Part shown: positions 26,636-36,857 of the stretch, piece by piece
Numbering within the stretch: the first letter of the stretch is position 1
How the letters are laid out: every line of letters begins with the position of its first letter
Assembly: GCA_019090315.1 (NCBI GenBank)
Contig: JAHRWD010000087.1
Coordinates: 35,925-99,924, forward strand
DNA: 64,000 nt
Direction of reading: 5' to 3'
Source of the DNA: Pseudomonadales bacterium
GTDB taxonomy: Bacteria; Pseudomonadota; Gammaproteobacteria; Pseudomonadales; JAHRWD01
The notes under the pieces: generated by a model
What the model saw: the letters and a program-made list of their open reading frames with translations, nothing else
Told to the model about the DNA's origin: nothing
The model's database searches: none
Position numbers and translations under genes: made by a program

Positions 26636-28105
26636 ATGAGCAGCACCCCACAGAACAAGGATCTTCGGTTCATCATCATTGGCGGCGGAATGGCCGGCAT
26701 TCTGAGCGCCGTCAAGTTAAAGGAAGCCGGTTTCACCAATTTCACCCTCTATGAAAAGGCCAAAAGCCTGGGTGGAACCTGGCGCGAAAACCAGTACCCC
26801 GGGGTTGCCTGTGATGTACCCTCGCACTTCTATTGCTACGATTTTGCGCCCAACCCGGACTGGAGCTATAACTGCTCACCCGGCGCCGAGATTTATGATT
26901 ATCTGCAGAGTGTTGCTGATCGATTCGGTGTGTACGAGCACGTCAAATTTGATACCGAAATCGCCTCTATGGCATTCCGCGATGGCCGCTGGCATCTTGA
27001 AACCAAAGGTGGTGACAAGGACGAAGCTGATTTTGTAATTGGCGCAACAGGGGTACTTCACCGGCCCTCAATGCCCGATATTCCTGGCATCGACAGCTTT
27101 AAGGGCACCATGTTCCATACCGCTCGCTGGGATCACAGCGCACCCCTTGAGGACAAGCGTGTAGGTATCATCGGTACTGGCTCCACTGCAATCCAGATTG
27201 TTGGCGCGTTGTCCGGCAAGGTTAAAAAACTGGAGCAGTTTCAGCGTACGCCGCAATGGATTATGCCCCGCCCTAATCCGGCTTATACCGAAGAGGAGAA
27301 GAAAAACTTCCGCGAACACCCGGAGCTTCTGGATGCGATTCGCGCAGAACATGCGGAGATGTCCGAGGGTGGATTTTCCTCCGCGGTAGTTGGCGAAAAC
27401 CCCGAAGCACTGGCGATGATTGCGGAGTTGACACTGGACAATCTTGAGCAAAATGTAAAAGACCCAGTGCTGCGCGAAAAGTTACGCCCGGACTATCAGG
27501 CCGCCTGCAAACGGCTGATTATGTCCCATAACTATTACGATGCGATTCAGCACCAGGATACTGAACTGGTTACGGACAAGATTACCGGCATCGAGCCGGG
27601 GGGTATTCGTACCGCCGATGGGAAACTGCATGAGCTGGATGTACTGGTGATCTCCACCGGCTTCCGGGTTGACCAGTTCCTGCGTCCTATTGAGGTGACT
27701 GGCAATAACGGTGTGACCCTTGAACAGGTCTGGAAAGAGCGGCCCTCCGCCTATCTATCGGTCTCAATCCCCGAGTTTCCCAACCTGATTCTGTTGAATG
27801 GCCCCAATGGCCCGGTCGGTAACTTCTCGTTGATCGACGTTGCGGATATCCAGTTCGCCTACTTTATGAAACTGGTTGAGCAGATCAAACAGGGCAAATT
27901 CACTCAGTTTTCAGCCAAGAAAGAAGCCCTTGATCGTACCGAAGCAGACCGGGTTGAAGCCACTAAAAAGACCGTTTGGGTATCGGGCTGCGATAGCTGG
28001 TATCTGGATGACCGTGGCGTACCCGCTGCCTGGCCCTGGTCAATGAAACATTTCCGCGAAACTATGGCGGAACCCAGGATGGAGGACTTTGATCTGGTTT
28101 CCTGA
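26636..28105 (+). CDS. Flavin-containing / Baeyer-Villiger-type monooxygenase (class B)
   Basis: AGGAGA RBS. FAD fingerprint IIIGGGMAGILSA. GGTWRENQYPGVACDVPSHFY is typical of class B flavoprotein monooxygenases. Second dinucleotide motif GIIGTGSTAIQ. Confidence 0.85.
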   Translation: MSSTPQNKDLRFIIIGGGMAGILSAVKLKEAGFTNFTLYEKAKSLGGTWRENQYPGVACDVPSHFYCYDFAPNPDWSYNCSPGAEIYDYLQSVADRFGVYEHVKFDTEIASMAFRDGRWHLETKGGDKDEADFVIGATGVLHRPSMPDIPGIDSFKGTMFHTARWDHSAPLEDKRVGIIGTGSTAIQIVGALSGKVKKLEQFQRTPQWIMPRPNPAYTEEEKKNFREHPELLDAIRAEHAEMSEGGFSSAVVGENPEALAMIAELTLDNLEQNVKDPVLREKLRPDYQAACKRLIMSHNYYDAIQHQDTELVTDKITGIEPGGIRTADGKLHELDVLVISTGFRVDQFLRPIEVTGNNGVTLEQVWKERPSAYLSVSIPEFPNLILLNGPNGPVGNFSLIDVADIQFAYFMKLVEQIKQGKFTQFSAKKEALDRTEADRVEATKKTVWVSGCDSWYLDDRGVPAAWPWSMKHFRETMAEPRMEDFDLVS

Positions 28106-28131
28106 ACACAGATCGATACGATGACTCCAAA

Positions 28132-28157
28132 CCCTGGCCAGAATTTTCTGGCCAGGG
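28132..28157 (+). terminator. Strong hairpin downstream of the monooxygenase gene
   Basis: ccctggccaga-attt-tctggccaggg forms an 11-bp perfect GC-rich stem 27 nt after the stop codon. No immediate U-tract follows (gggtttgatttc lies a few nt later). Confidence 0.55.
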
Positions 28158-28217
28158 GCCTGTCGGGTTTGATTTCTCCCCCGCCCCGAAACATACTGAA
28201 AGCCCAGCGCTATTCAG

Positions 28218-29159
28218 GTGCATCAGATGCATTTATACAGAGCGGCACGAACTTTCAGGAATACCAGCGTAGTAGTCGCTATTTGCGTACTGCTGGGTTC
28301 ATGCAGTACATTTCAGATTTTATACAATCAGGTTGACTGGCTCATACTCAACCGCGCAGATCATTACGTGGATCTGAACTCTTCCCAGCGTGCGATTCTT
28401 GACAAAGAGGTTGCCGAGCTACACGAATGGCACCGCACTACTCAGCTTCCCGCTTATATCCTGTTGTTAGAAGGGCTTTCCATACGCACCCAGGAACCGC
28501 TCACCGATGCGGATTTCATCTGGACAGAAAACGAAATGAGAGCGCTATATTTCCCGTTAATGGAAAAAGTCATCCCACCGGTTACCCAGTTACTGAGCAC
28601 TCTTGATGATGAACAGATCGCATACCTTAAAGAGCAATTAGATGAAGATATTGAGGATAAATATGAATATCTTCAGTACTCTCAGGAAGATCGGCTAGAG
28701 TATCGTATTGATAAAGCGATCGATCAATTTGAGGGTGGCTATGGTGACCTCAAAGATCAACAGGAACAACTTATTGTCAGCCAGGTGACGAAGATTTTTG
28801 ATACCGGTGCCCTTACTAAAGCCCATCGGGAAATGGTGAACCAACAACTGATAGACCTGTTAAAAAAACACCCCTCACAGCAAGAGATCGAATCCCACCT
28901 GCATGTGATATGGCTTTATCCCGAACGTAATTATACCGAGGAATACCAACTCAGTATGGACGCCGCGAAAAATGACTATTACGAGATGATGAAGGGAACC
29001 CACGCTCTGGCAAGCAAGTCTCAAATCGCATATTTCAATGATCAACTACTGGGCTATCGCGAGGATTTGGTTGAGCTATCCACACCACCCGAGGCCGTCG
29101 CAGCTTCCTGCAAATCTTCGCAGCCAGTATCGTGGATTAGTACTAAGAAGAGCTGTTAA
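28218..29159 (+). CDS. Hypothetical lipoprotein (DUF6279-like)
   Basis: Lipobox-like VAICVLLGSC. The remainder is helical and acidic. The family assignment comes from N-terminal pattern memory only, and the start could be a few codons downstream. Confidence 0.5.
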   Translation: MHQMHLYRAARTFRNTSVVVAICVLLGSCSTFQILYNQVDWLILNRADHYVDLNSSQRAILDKEVAELHEWHRTTQLPAYILLLEGLSIRTQEPLTDADFIWTENEMRALYFPLMEKVIPPVTQLLSTLDDEQIAYLKEQLDEDIEDKYEYLQYSQEDRLEYRIDKAIDQFEGGYGDLKDQQEQLIVSQVTKIFDTGALTKAHREMVNQQLIDLLKKHPSQQEIESHLHVIWLYPERNYTEEYQLSMDAAKNDYYEMMKGTHALASKSQIAYFNDQLLGYREDLVELSTPPEAVAASCKSSQPVSWISTKKSC

Positions 29160-29242
29160 ATAACACCGATAGAATAGCTCGCCAGGTTGGCATGCTATCA
29201 TCACGATAGATTCATTGAGACCTTTGCACGAGCAATTACAAT

Positions 29243-30859
29243 ATGCCCAGTACTGTGTACCTGAACAGCCTTCATGATCTTCATTTTGACAATCAATATA
29301 CCGGCAGATTGCCAGCAGATCCGATAGCCGAAAACTACACACGCCAGGTTGCAGGTGCTTGCTACTCATTTGTTGAACCGTTAAAAACACCCAGTCCCAA
29401 TCTGATCAGTTATTCGCAGGATGCCGCGAATTTGCTGAACCTTTCCTCCGACACGTGTGACTCATCGGATTTTTTACAGGCATTTAGCGGCAACTGTTTG
29501 CTGGACAAGATGAACCCTTATGCCACCCGATACGGTGGTCATCAGTTTGGAAACTGGGCCGGGCAACTTGGGGATGGCAGAGCTATTAATCTTGGCGAAA
29601 TCATCAATAGCAGCGAACAACGTTGGGCACTTCAATTAAAAGGCTCCGGCCCTACTCCCTACTCAAGGCGTGCAGATGGTCTAGCGGTATTGCGTTCATC
29701 GGTACGCGAGTTTCTCTGCAGCGAAGCGATGTATCACCTGGGTGTGCCGACCACCCGTGCGCTGAGCCTGATGACAACCGGCAATCAGGTTGTGCGGGAT
29801 ATGTTTTACGATGGCAATCAGAAAGCCGAGCCGGGCGCGGTAATCTGCAGGCTTGCGCCATCCTTCACGCGCTTTGGTCATTTCCAGATTCACGCATCAC
29901 GAGGTGAAACCGAACTACTCAAACAACTAATCGATTTCACAATAATCACTGACTTTCCTCATTTGGGTGCGCCATCTCCGGAAACCTACATCAGCTGGTT
30001 TCAGGAAATTTGTGATTCAACAGCAGAGATGGTTGTGCAATGGATGCGGGTTGGGTTTGTACACGGCGTGATGAATACCGACAACATGTCCATTTTAGGA
30101 CTTACCATTGATTACGGCCCCTACGGATGGCTGGAGGATTTTGATCCCGGCTGGACGCCCAACACAACAGATGCGGAAGGCAGGCGCTACAGTTTTGGCA
30201 ATCAGCCAGAGATGGCGATGTGGAATCTCGCACAACTTGGTAATGCACTGCTGCCTGTCATAGAAGATCTTGAGGCGGTACAACTTGCCTACAACTCGTA
30301 TCAACATACATTCCAGAATAGCTGGCGGGAAATGATGAGCCAGAAATTGGGTTTTGACGCACTGGATGTACAAACAGATCCTGATCTATTTGACGAGTTA
30401 CTGGCTCTGCTTACATCTGTTGAAACAGATATGACTATTTTCTTTCGTAATTTGGCACGAGTTGAATTAACAAACGGAAAACAGTTTGAGGATATGGATG
30501 CGGTTCCGGCACCACTGCTGGATGCATACTACCAGCCAGAACAACTTACTGACGCATACAAAAAACATCTATTTCAATGGCTTAATTTGTATAGCAACAG
30601 GCTCGAAAAAAACACCAGCACAAACGCACAACGGCAAGAAAAAATGAATTCGGTAAACCCTAAATATGTATTGAGAAATTATTTAGCTCAGCTTGCGATT
30701 GATAAGTCAGAACAAGGCGATCACAGCATGGTCAATGAGCTATTGATGCTATTTCGTAAGCCTTATGATGAGCAGCCTGATAAGGAAGAGTTTGCAAAAA
30801 AACGACCGGAATGGGCGAGACATAAAGCCGGCTGTTCGATGTTATCCTGTAGTTCTTAA
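29243..30859 (+). CDS. selO: Protein adenylyltransferase (AMPylase) SelO/YdiU
   Basis: Hallmark motifs RYGGHQFGNWAGQLGDGRAI, LQLKGSGPTPYSR, HGVMNTDNMSILGLTIDYGP and the C-terminal CSMLSCSS. Confidence 0.93.
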   Translation: MPSTVYLNSLHDLHFDNQYTGRLPADPIAENYTRQVAGACYSFVEPLKTPSPNLISYSQDAANLLNLSSDTCDSSDFLQAFSGNCLLDKMNPYATRYGGHQFGNWAGQLGDGRAINLGEIINSSEQRWALQLKGSGPTPYSRRADGLAVLRSSVREFLCSEAMYHLGVPTTRALSLMTTGNQVVRDMFYDGNQKAEPGAVICRLAPSFTRFGHFQIHASRGETELLKQLIDFTIITDFPHLGAPSPETYISWFQEICDSTAEMVVQWMRVGFVHGVMNTDNMSILGLTIDYGPYGWLEDFDPGWTPNTTDAEGRRYSFGNQPEMAMWNLAQLGNALLPVIEDLEAVQLAYNSYQHTFQNSWREMMSQKLGFDALDVQTDPDLFDELLALLTSVETDMTIFFRNLARVELTNGKQFEDMDAVPAPLLDAYYQPEQLTDAYKKHLFQWLNLYSNRLEKNTSTNAQRQEKMNSVNPKYVLRNYLAQLAIDKSEQGDHSMVNELLMLFRKPYDEQPDKEEFAKKRPEWARHKAGCSMLSCSS

Positions 30860-30896
30860 AAAAATCTGTGTCACTGGGGTTAAACCCCATCAGAGT

Positions 30897-31160
30897 TTAA
30901 TCCCGGGAAAACACTTTCCACAGACGACTTAACAACAACACGATATAAAAAACAGATGCGACTAGCGCACCAACTGCCAAGACTACCAACCCAAGCAGCG
31001 CAACCCACTCTGCCATTTCGCCCTCTGGCATAAATTGCCCCGCAACAAGAACAAGGCCCAGTCCAATAAAAAAAATGGATGCGCCGACCATAAACAGGAT
31101 CACGTGATGGCGCGGGTTATTGATCAATTCCTGAAGAAATGGAGGCAGGGATAACTTCAT
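30897..31160 (-). CDS. Small integral membrane protein
   Basis: 87 aa with two long hydrophobic stretches. No family recognised. Confidence 0.45.
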   Translation of the reverse strand: MKLSLPPFLQELINNPRHHVILFMVGASIFFIGLGLVLVAGQFMPEGEMAEWVALLGLVVLAVGALVASVFYIVLLLSRLWKVFSRD

Positions 31161-31177
31161 TTAATAAAGACCTGGTT

Positions 31178-31642
31178 TCAGGTCTCAATGTCGAACTCTT
31201 CAGAAGGTTCATCCACGTACCGGTTGGTTCGAATCACTACGGTACCGGCCAGTTTGTCATGCCATCCCTGTTTTCGTTTATCGAAACCAACCCATAGTAT
31301 TCCAAGAAAAAGCGGTATCATCGAAACATAATAACCAAGGTAACGCCCGATGAACTGCCCGGTAGTTGGGTGCTCGCCGGTATTGGCATCCACAATAGCC
31401 AGCTTCGCTATCATCTTGCCGGGTGTTGCAGATCTATAAACCCAGAAAATGATCACCACAACAGCGGGTAACAGGTAGCTGATAACAACATCCCAACCAC
31501 CTTGAACAAAAGAATCATTATCCAGGTACTCATCACCATAAATAGCGAAGAGCAGTGGCACCGTTATTGCCGCTATTAGAATCGAGTCAATTATCGCTGC
31601 CCATACACGAATCCAGAAACCGGCATATTTATGTTCAGTCAT
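31178..31642 (-). CDS. RDD family membrane protein
   Basis: YAGFWIRVWAAIIDSILI... plus a C-terminal GWHDKLAGTVVI pattern, as in the RDD family. Confidence 0.8.
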   Translation of the reverse strand: MTEHKYAGFWIRVWAAIIDSILIAAITVPLLFAIYGDEYLDNDSFVQGGWDVVISYLLPAVVVIIFWVYRSATPGKMIAKLAIVDANTGEHPTTGQFIGRYLGYYVSMIPLFLGILWVGFDKRKQGWHDKLAGTVVIRTNRYVDEPSEEFDIET

Positions 31643-31711
31643 ACAGCGATACTCCTGATAAGATTCAAGCCGTCAAAGTAAACCATGACAGCGTACTAGC
31701 TAATAAACACC

Positions 31712-32290
31712 CTACTCTTGAAAAGCAGGGTATTCGGCCAGAATTGCCGATACAGCGGCATTTACGTTTTCATCTCTCTCTTCCAGCGTCATCTCCGCAG
31801 CCTTTGATGTAGTTGCACGGCTAGAGGTAGAACCACGCCATTTCAGCTTTTTAGTTGCGGGATCAATAAAATCAACCATGAGTGTACCTTCAACATAGTT
31901 AACAGTTTGCACACTGGTGGTGGTCATTGGGGCTGTATATACACAGCGATAGCAGCGGTTATATCCATAAAAACCGTTGTATTGTTCATAACTATTGATA
32001 TCTGTTTGTCGCTCATTTGAACCAAAATAGCTGATCCAGATATCTGCGCTCTCTTTGTCTACCTGGGTTAACCCATTGGCCTTCAACTGACTATGAAGCG
32101 CCATTTCAATTCGCTCTTTAACCAGATCATTATGTGCTATTTTTACATTCTCGGGGGCCATCAATGCGTAGGTATGTTTGTCTTTAAAATCAAATTTTTC
32201 ATCATAGTCGGTGGCAACCTTATAGGTGGTAACACACCCGGCCAGAAATATTGAAAGGGATAAACACAGGTATGACATGAGTCGGGACAT
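31712..32290 (-). CDS. DUF4136-type lipoprotein
   Basis: Lipobox SIFLAGC. The overall pattern (TYALMAPEN..., LMVDFIDPATKKLKWRG) is typical of DUF4136. Confidence 0.65.
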   Translation of the reverse strand: MSRLMSYLCLSLSIFLAGCVTTYKVATDYDEKFDFKDKHTYALMAPENVKIAHNDLVKERIEMALHSQLKANGLTQVDKESADIWISYFGSNERQTDINSYEQYNGFYGYNRCYRCVYTAPMTTTSVQTVNYVEGTLMVDFIDPATKKLKWRGSTSSRATTSKAAEMTLEERDENVNAAVSAILAEYPAFQE

Positions 32291-32504
32291 CGTTGTAACT
32301 CCGCTTTATGGGATGGATCAATGGTGGATTCTTGAACTGACTACTTATGCAGCTGAGGATACAGTTTACCAAATATCTAACCCTTTCAAGTATATTTTTG
32401 AACACGCTGGACTCTTTATGGGTGGCTTTCAGCAATCGAGGCTGCCACTCAAATCATCTGTACTTTTTATACATCTGTCATGCCATGTACAATAATGTGC
32501 ATAG

Positions 32505-34124
32505 TTGTTTTCCCAATTGCCTATACAAACAGGTTCACTTGTGAACATTAACAATATTATCATTTCTCTCAGCAATGTGCGGCACCATGCCTGCGCAACC
32601 ATCACCGTTTTGCTAATAGTTTCTGGTTGCGCTAGTAATTCAATGCTGGACCAGAATCAGGTAACCACCACAGTATTACTGGATACGTCGACCACCTATC
32701 TTGCGAAACAGTTTCAGCCTTATACAGATGAACATCCGAGCTTAACCGGCCTATATCCGGTGGAGAGTGGCACCAAGGCACTCGTTACACGACTAGCGTT
32801 GATCAATAGCGCCGAAAAAAGCCTGGATGTTCAATACTACATATGGCACGACGATATGACCGGCAAGCTCATGCAACAGGCCTTGCTTGATGCAGCAGAT
32901 CGTGGGGTCAGGGTTCGATTGCTACTGGATGATATGGACACGGCAGGAAAAGACGGTAGCCTCGCAGCCCTTGATAGCCATGCAAATATTGAACTGCGTG
33001 TATTTAATCCTTTCTCTAACAGGAATTTTCGACTGGCAGATCTGTTCAGTATTCCTGCGCGGCTTAATCATCGAATGCACAACAAATCCCTTACGGTCGA
33101 TAACCGAGCAACTATTGTTGGCGGAAGGAATATAGGCAATGAGTATTTTTCAGCAGAAGCCCATGTCGATTTTGCTGATCTTGACGTGATAGCAATTGGC
33201 ACTGCCGTAAACGAAGTTTCTACCGCATTTGACCTCTACTGGAATCATAAATATGTCGTCAATTTCAGCTATTTTTATCCTGACTATGATGCTGGAAAAC
33301 CCCTTGAACAGCTAAGATCCGAGTTAGATAGTAACCATGAATCCGCCAAAAAATCTGCCTATGCGGAAGCAATTGCTGAAAATTATGACCTACATCAAAG
33401 GGTACTTATACCTGAAAACTGGCACTGGGGCACAGCAACGGTTATCTACGATGACCCGATAAAAATCGAGGATAAAAGCAACCCTGATGAAACGCACCTG
33501 GGTGCTATGCTCCATAAAATTGTGGGGCAAACAAAACGGGAACTGGTTGTTATATCCCCCTATTTTGTACCGGGAAAACGGTTTACAAAATATCTCGGAA
33601 CACTAACCGAGCAGGGTATTAAGGTAAAAATTCTTACCAATTCCCTGGCGGCCACAGATGTAGCTTTGGTACACGCGGGTTACATGAATTATCGCGCCGA
33701 CCTATTGTCTGCAAATGTAGAACTTTATGAATATAAACCAGACACCAATCAGGTTGACCTCTCTTCCAAGATGAAAATGAGTGGCTCTTCTCCTGGAAGC
33801 CTACATGCCAAAACACTGGCTATTGACCAACGCTGGATTTTTATCGGTTCATTTAATGTTGACCCCAGATCCGTCCTTTGGAACACAGAGATAGGTATTA
33901 TTGCGGACTCTCCAGTATTGGCGGGCACTCTTAGCAGCGGATTCGAAAACGATATTCGTAACGCTGCCTACGAATTAACATTCGACCCAGAAAGCAAAAA
34001 AATCGCATGGTTAGAATATGATGGTGATCAGGTCAGCAGACATGAAAAAGAACCCCATACCTCCGGTTGGCAACGGTTTGTGGTTCGTATAATGAGCTGG
34101 CTACCAATCGAAAGTCAGCTGTAA
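32505..34124 (+). CDS. Phospholipase D family lipoprotein (two HKD motifs)
   Basis: HKD motif 1 is HRMHNKSLTVDNRATIVGGRNIGNEYF. HKD motif 2 is SLHAKTLAIDQRWIFIGSFNVDPRS. Lipobox LIVSGCAS. The start may be the GTG at 32541. Confidence 0.88.
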   Translation: MFSQLPIQTGSLVNINNIIISLSNVRHHACATITVLLIVSGCASNSMLDQNQVTTTVLLDTSTTYLAKQFQPYTDEHPSLTGLYPVESGTKALVTRLALINSAEKSLDVQYYIWHDDMTGKLMQQALLDAADRGVRVRLLLDDMDTAGKDGSLAALDSHANIELRVFNPFSNRNFRLADLFSIPARLNHRMHNKSLTVDNRATIVGGRNIGNEYFSAEAHVDFADLDVIAIGTAVNEVSTAFDLYWNHKYVVNFSYFYPDYDAGKPLEQLRSELDSNHESAKKSAYAEAIAENYDLHQRVLIPENWHWGTATVIYDDPIKIEDKSNPDETHLGAMLHKIVGQTKRELVVISPYFVPGKRFTKYLGTLTEQGIKVKILTNSLAATDVALVHAGYMNYRADLLSANVELYEYKPDTNQVDLSSKMKMSGSSPGSLHAKTLAIDQRWIFIGSFNVDPRSVLWNTEIGIIADSPVLAGTLSSGFENDIRNAAYELTFDPESKKIAWLEYDGDQVSRHEKEPHTSGWQRFVVRIMSWLPIESQL

Positions 34125-34142
34125 CAACAATACTAGCCTGAG

Positions 34143-35297
34143 TTATTTCAGCGACCAGGAACTCCCAAACTGTATATAAAAAGCCGTATCATCGGGGCCT
34201 ACTGCAATATCTAACCCCATCTGCAAACCCAGTTTATTGGCAATTAAATAGCGCAGACCCAAGCCTTTGCTGTAAATCATATCACTGTCATCCGCTCCAG
34301 ATTTGGTATCGCTATAGGCTCTACCGGCACCACCAAAACCAACCAGCCACCAGCGGTTGGCAAACTCCCAGCGCAGCTCAATCTCACCGAGTACTACTTG
34401 ATCCCCCTGGTACTGCATCGCTTTGATACCACGCATATCTATAAACGGATACGCATAAAAAGGTGCATCACCACTCATCGCTTCAACGTCGGCCCGCAAT
34501 CCAAGCACTAGCTTTGGGTTAATAGTTGTATAACTTAAAATGGAAGCCTTGTATTTGTTGTAGTTTTCATCACCACCCCAGGTCTCGCTATAGTCCATTA
34601 CCTCAATTTCTGCAGCTATACCTGTAGAGGGTGTGAACATATTGTTTCGGTTGTCGTAATTCAATAGTAAACTTACGGCTGCTGACCGGTCATCAAACTG
34701 AATGCCCGGCAAACCAAGTTCAGGAGGAGCTGCTTTAAAAGTATTTTCTGTATCGAGAAGAAGGTATGAGATGCCTGCGAAAAATGAACTATCCCATAAG
34801 CGAAACTGTATCTCCTGCATCAAAAAATTGGCTTCAGTTTCAAATGCAATACCATTTTTCAAAAAAGAAAGTCCATAATATTGCATTTTAACCAGGCCTG
34901 TACCGATGCCGCCGGTATATCTAACGGTATCGTCATACCATATCCCCTGATGACCACCGCCTAAAAACCAGGTTCCGTTTTCTGTCTTTGCCGCAGCAAT
35001 GGCAGAAACACTGGGTGGCGCATGTTTTCTCCCGCCCCCCATACCACCATGGAAATATACACCGGCTAGTCCACCGCCATAACCAACAGCTGGCTCTGTA
35101 ATCACAATAGGAACTGGCAATACCCCTTTCTGTTCAAGCAACCAGTTGCTGAGATCAAGCTGGTTATCAACGGGGTCAAAAAAAGTGTCTTCAAAGGAAC
35201 CTGCAAATGACCAGGCCGAAAACAACAGTACCGGAACAATTGCTATGCGTTTCAGTGCTTTACCAAAGGTGAAAAGAGAAAGATAAGGGTATTTCAT
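34143..35297 (-). CDS. Outer-membrane beta-barrel protein (Omp85/surface-antigen-like, no POTRA)
   Basis: Signal peptide (IAIVPVLLFSAWSFAGS). An alternating beta-strand pattern runs to the C-terminus (LGLRYLIANKLGLQMGLDIAVG...YIQFGSSW). Confidence 0.6.
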   Translation of the reverse strand: MKYPYLSLFTFGKALKRIAIVPVLLFSAWSFAGSFEDTFFDPVDNQLDLSNWLLEQKGVLPVPIVITEPAVGYGGGLAGVYFHGGMGGGRKHAPPSVSAIAAAKTENGTWFLGGGHQGIWYDDTVRYTGGIGTGLVKMQYYGLSFLKNGIAFETEANFLMQEIQFRLWDSSFFAGISYLLLDTENTFKAAPPELGLPGIQFDDRSAAVSLLLNYDNRNNMFTPSTGIAAEIEVMDYSETWGGDENYNKYKASILSYTTINPKLVLGLRADVEAMSGDAPFYAYPFIDMRGIKAMQYQGDQVVLGEIELRWEFANRWWLVGFGGAGRAYSDTKSGADDSDMIYSKGLGLRYLIANKLGLQMGLDIAVGPDDTAFYIQFGSSWSLK

Positions 35298-35392
35298 TTA
35301 TACATATCCGGCGTTAATAAACGTCATATTAGTCACAATAGAAAATGCAAATAACCCACCGTTTTCCAACAAGAGGTAAACTTCAGCGTCAT

Positions 35393-35510
35393 GCCCTTCG
35401 GCTTCGCTCAGGGTACGGGAGGTTTGGTTTGGTTTGGTTTGGTTTTCCTCCACATCATCTGGAGGGCAAGGGTATAACCACCATACGCACCCTGAGCGAA
35501 GCCGAAGGGC
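35393..35510. repeat. 118-bp intergenic element: perfect 22-bp inverted repeat enclosing a (GGTTT)5 microsatellite
   Basis: gcccttcggcttcgctcagggt (35393-35414) is the exact reverse complement of accctgagcgaagccgaagggc (35489-35510). The (ggttt)x5 run is at 35421-35445. Confidence 0.85.
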
Positions 35511-35550
35511 AGTGGCGAGAAATAAATTTTGTAGTAATCAATCCTTATTT

Positions 35551-36780
35551 TCACAACCCCATCGCATAACGAATAACCTGTTTTTTTACAGGGCCTGTGC
35601 GATCCGCAATACCAAGACCAAGGGTTCTAACCAGAGAAGCCGGTGCAATATCATTGCTAAAAGTGCGATAGAAAAACTCCATAGCACAGATCATTTTTCG
35701 GTTTTCCTGCATCCGTTTTTTCTGGTATTGAGTGAGAACCTTCATGGACCCAAGTGCTTCGCCGGAGTCATGCGCTTTAAGCAGTTTTTCTGCCAGTACG
35801 CCTACATCTTGTATACCGATATTCACCCCCTGCCCCGCTAATGGGTGGATGGTATGGGCCGCATCACCGACCAGTGCAAAACCCGGTTTTGTGTAAGTGT
35901 GTGCATGACGACGGGTGAGTGGAAAGCTACCTTTTGCGATTACTCTCTGCACCATTGGCAAACGTTCCGGGAAGGTTTCTACCAGGCGATCCTGAAAATC
36001 GTCCAACGGCAGTTGCTGGAGCTTCTGAATCTCATCGGGGTTGTGATACCAGACGGCTGCACCATAGCTCTGGCCATTGATATCCGGCAAAGGTAGAAAA
36101 GATTGGGGACCAGTCGGGGTAAAACGTTGCCATGTCACATCTTGCTGGGGGCCATCTATCTGCAACAGTGCCATTAACGCATGCTGGTTATAATCGAAGG
36201 ATCGCACGCCGATATTGATCAACTTCCGAACCTGGGACATGGCACCATCCGCACCTACAACCAGATTCGCTTTCAGCTCGGCTCCACTTTTCAGCCGCAC
36301 ACCAACCTGTTCATTTTTGTACTCCAGCGAAGACAATTCTTCGGGCATCAACAGGTCAATATTGGCGGCCTGCTCAATCACCTGGTGCAATGCTAACTGA
36401 GCCACTCTGTTTTCAATAATATGGCCCAGCGCAGATTGTTTTACTTCATCCGCACGAAAATGGGTTTCGTTACCATGACCGGATAGCAGTTTTTTAACCA
36501 GTAGATTTTCAGGCTCTTCCCAGACCCGCATGTGGGCATAGGGGCATAGCCGCATCGATTCAATAAGTGACCATGCGCCTACCTGACGAAACAGTTTCTG
36601 GGAGGCCGGGCTAAATGCAGACATACGCAGATCCGGATGTGAATCCGCATCAAAAGGCGCGGGAGCAGTGGATTCGATCACCGCAACCCTGACCCGTGAG
36701 TGCGCCATCAATGCGGCAAGCATGGAACCCACCATGCCACCACCGACAATCACCAGGTCGTAATCTGTTGTAGCTGCCAT
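35551..36780 (-). CDS. UbiH/UbiF/VisC/COQ6-family FAD-dependent hydroxylase
   Basis: GxGxxG motif (DLVIVGGGMVGSMLA), DG motif (LVVGADGAMSQVR), and C-terminal GDAAHTIHPLAGQGVNIGIQD. Confidence 0.88.
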   Translation of the reverse strand: MAATTDYDLVIVGGGMVGSMLAALMAHSRVRVAVIESTAPAPFDADSHPDLRMSAFSPASQKLFRQVGAWSLIESMRLCPYAHMRVWEEPENLLVKKLLSGHGNETHFRADEVKQSALGHIIENRVAQLALHQVIEQAANIDLLMPEELSSLEYKNEQVGVRLKSGAELKANLVVGADGAMSQVRKLINIGVRSFDYNQHALMALLQIDGPQQDVTWQRFTPTGPQSFLPLPDINGQSYGAAVWYHNPDEIQKLQQLPLDDFQDRLVETFPERLPMVQRVIAKGSFPLTRRHAHTYTKPGFALVGDAAHTIHPLAGQGVNIGIQDVGVLAEKLLKAHDSGEALGSMKVLTQYQKKRMQENRKMICAMEFFYRTFSNDIAPASLVRTLGLGIADRTGPVKKQVIRYAMGL

Positions 36781-36857
36781 GTCTATCCCTTACACCAATA
36801 ATACGATACGCAGAATAACATGCGCTCCCTCAATGAAACAGTGATCAGCCAATCAGA

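Noticed and set aside
30860-30896. Possible bidirectional terminator between selO and the convergent small membrane gene (ctgggg...ccccatcag).
   Set aside because: The stem is short, bulged, and has no U-tract on either strand.
35345-35841. Two plus-strand ORFs (74 and 135 aa).
   Set aside because: They are translations of the inverted-repeat/(GGTTT)n element and of the antisense strand of the ubiH-family gene.
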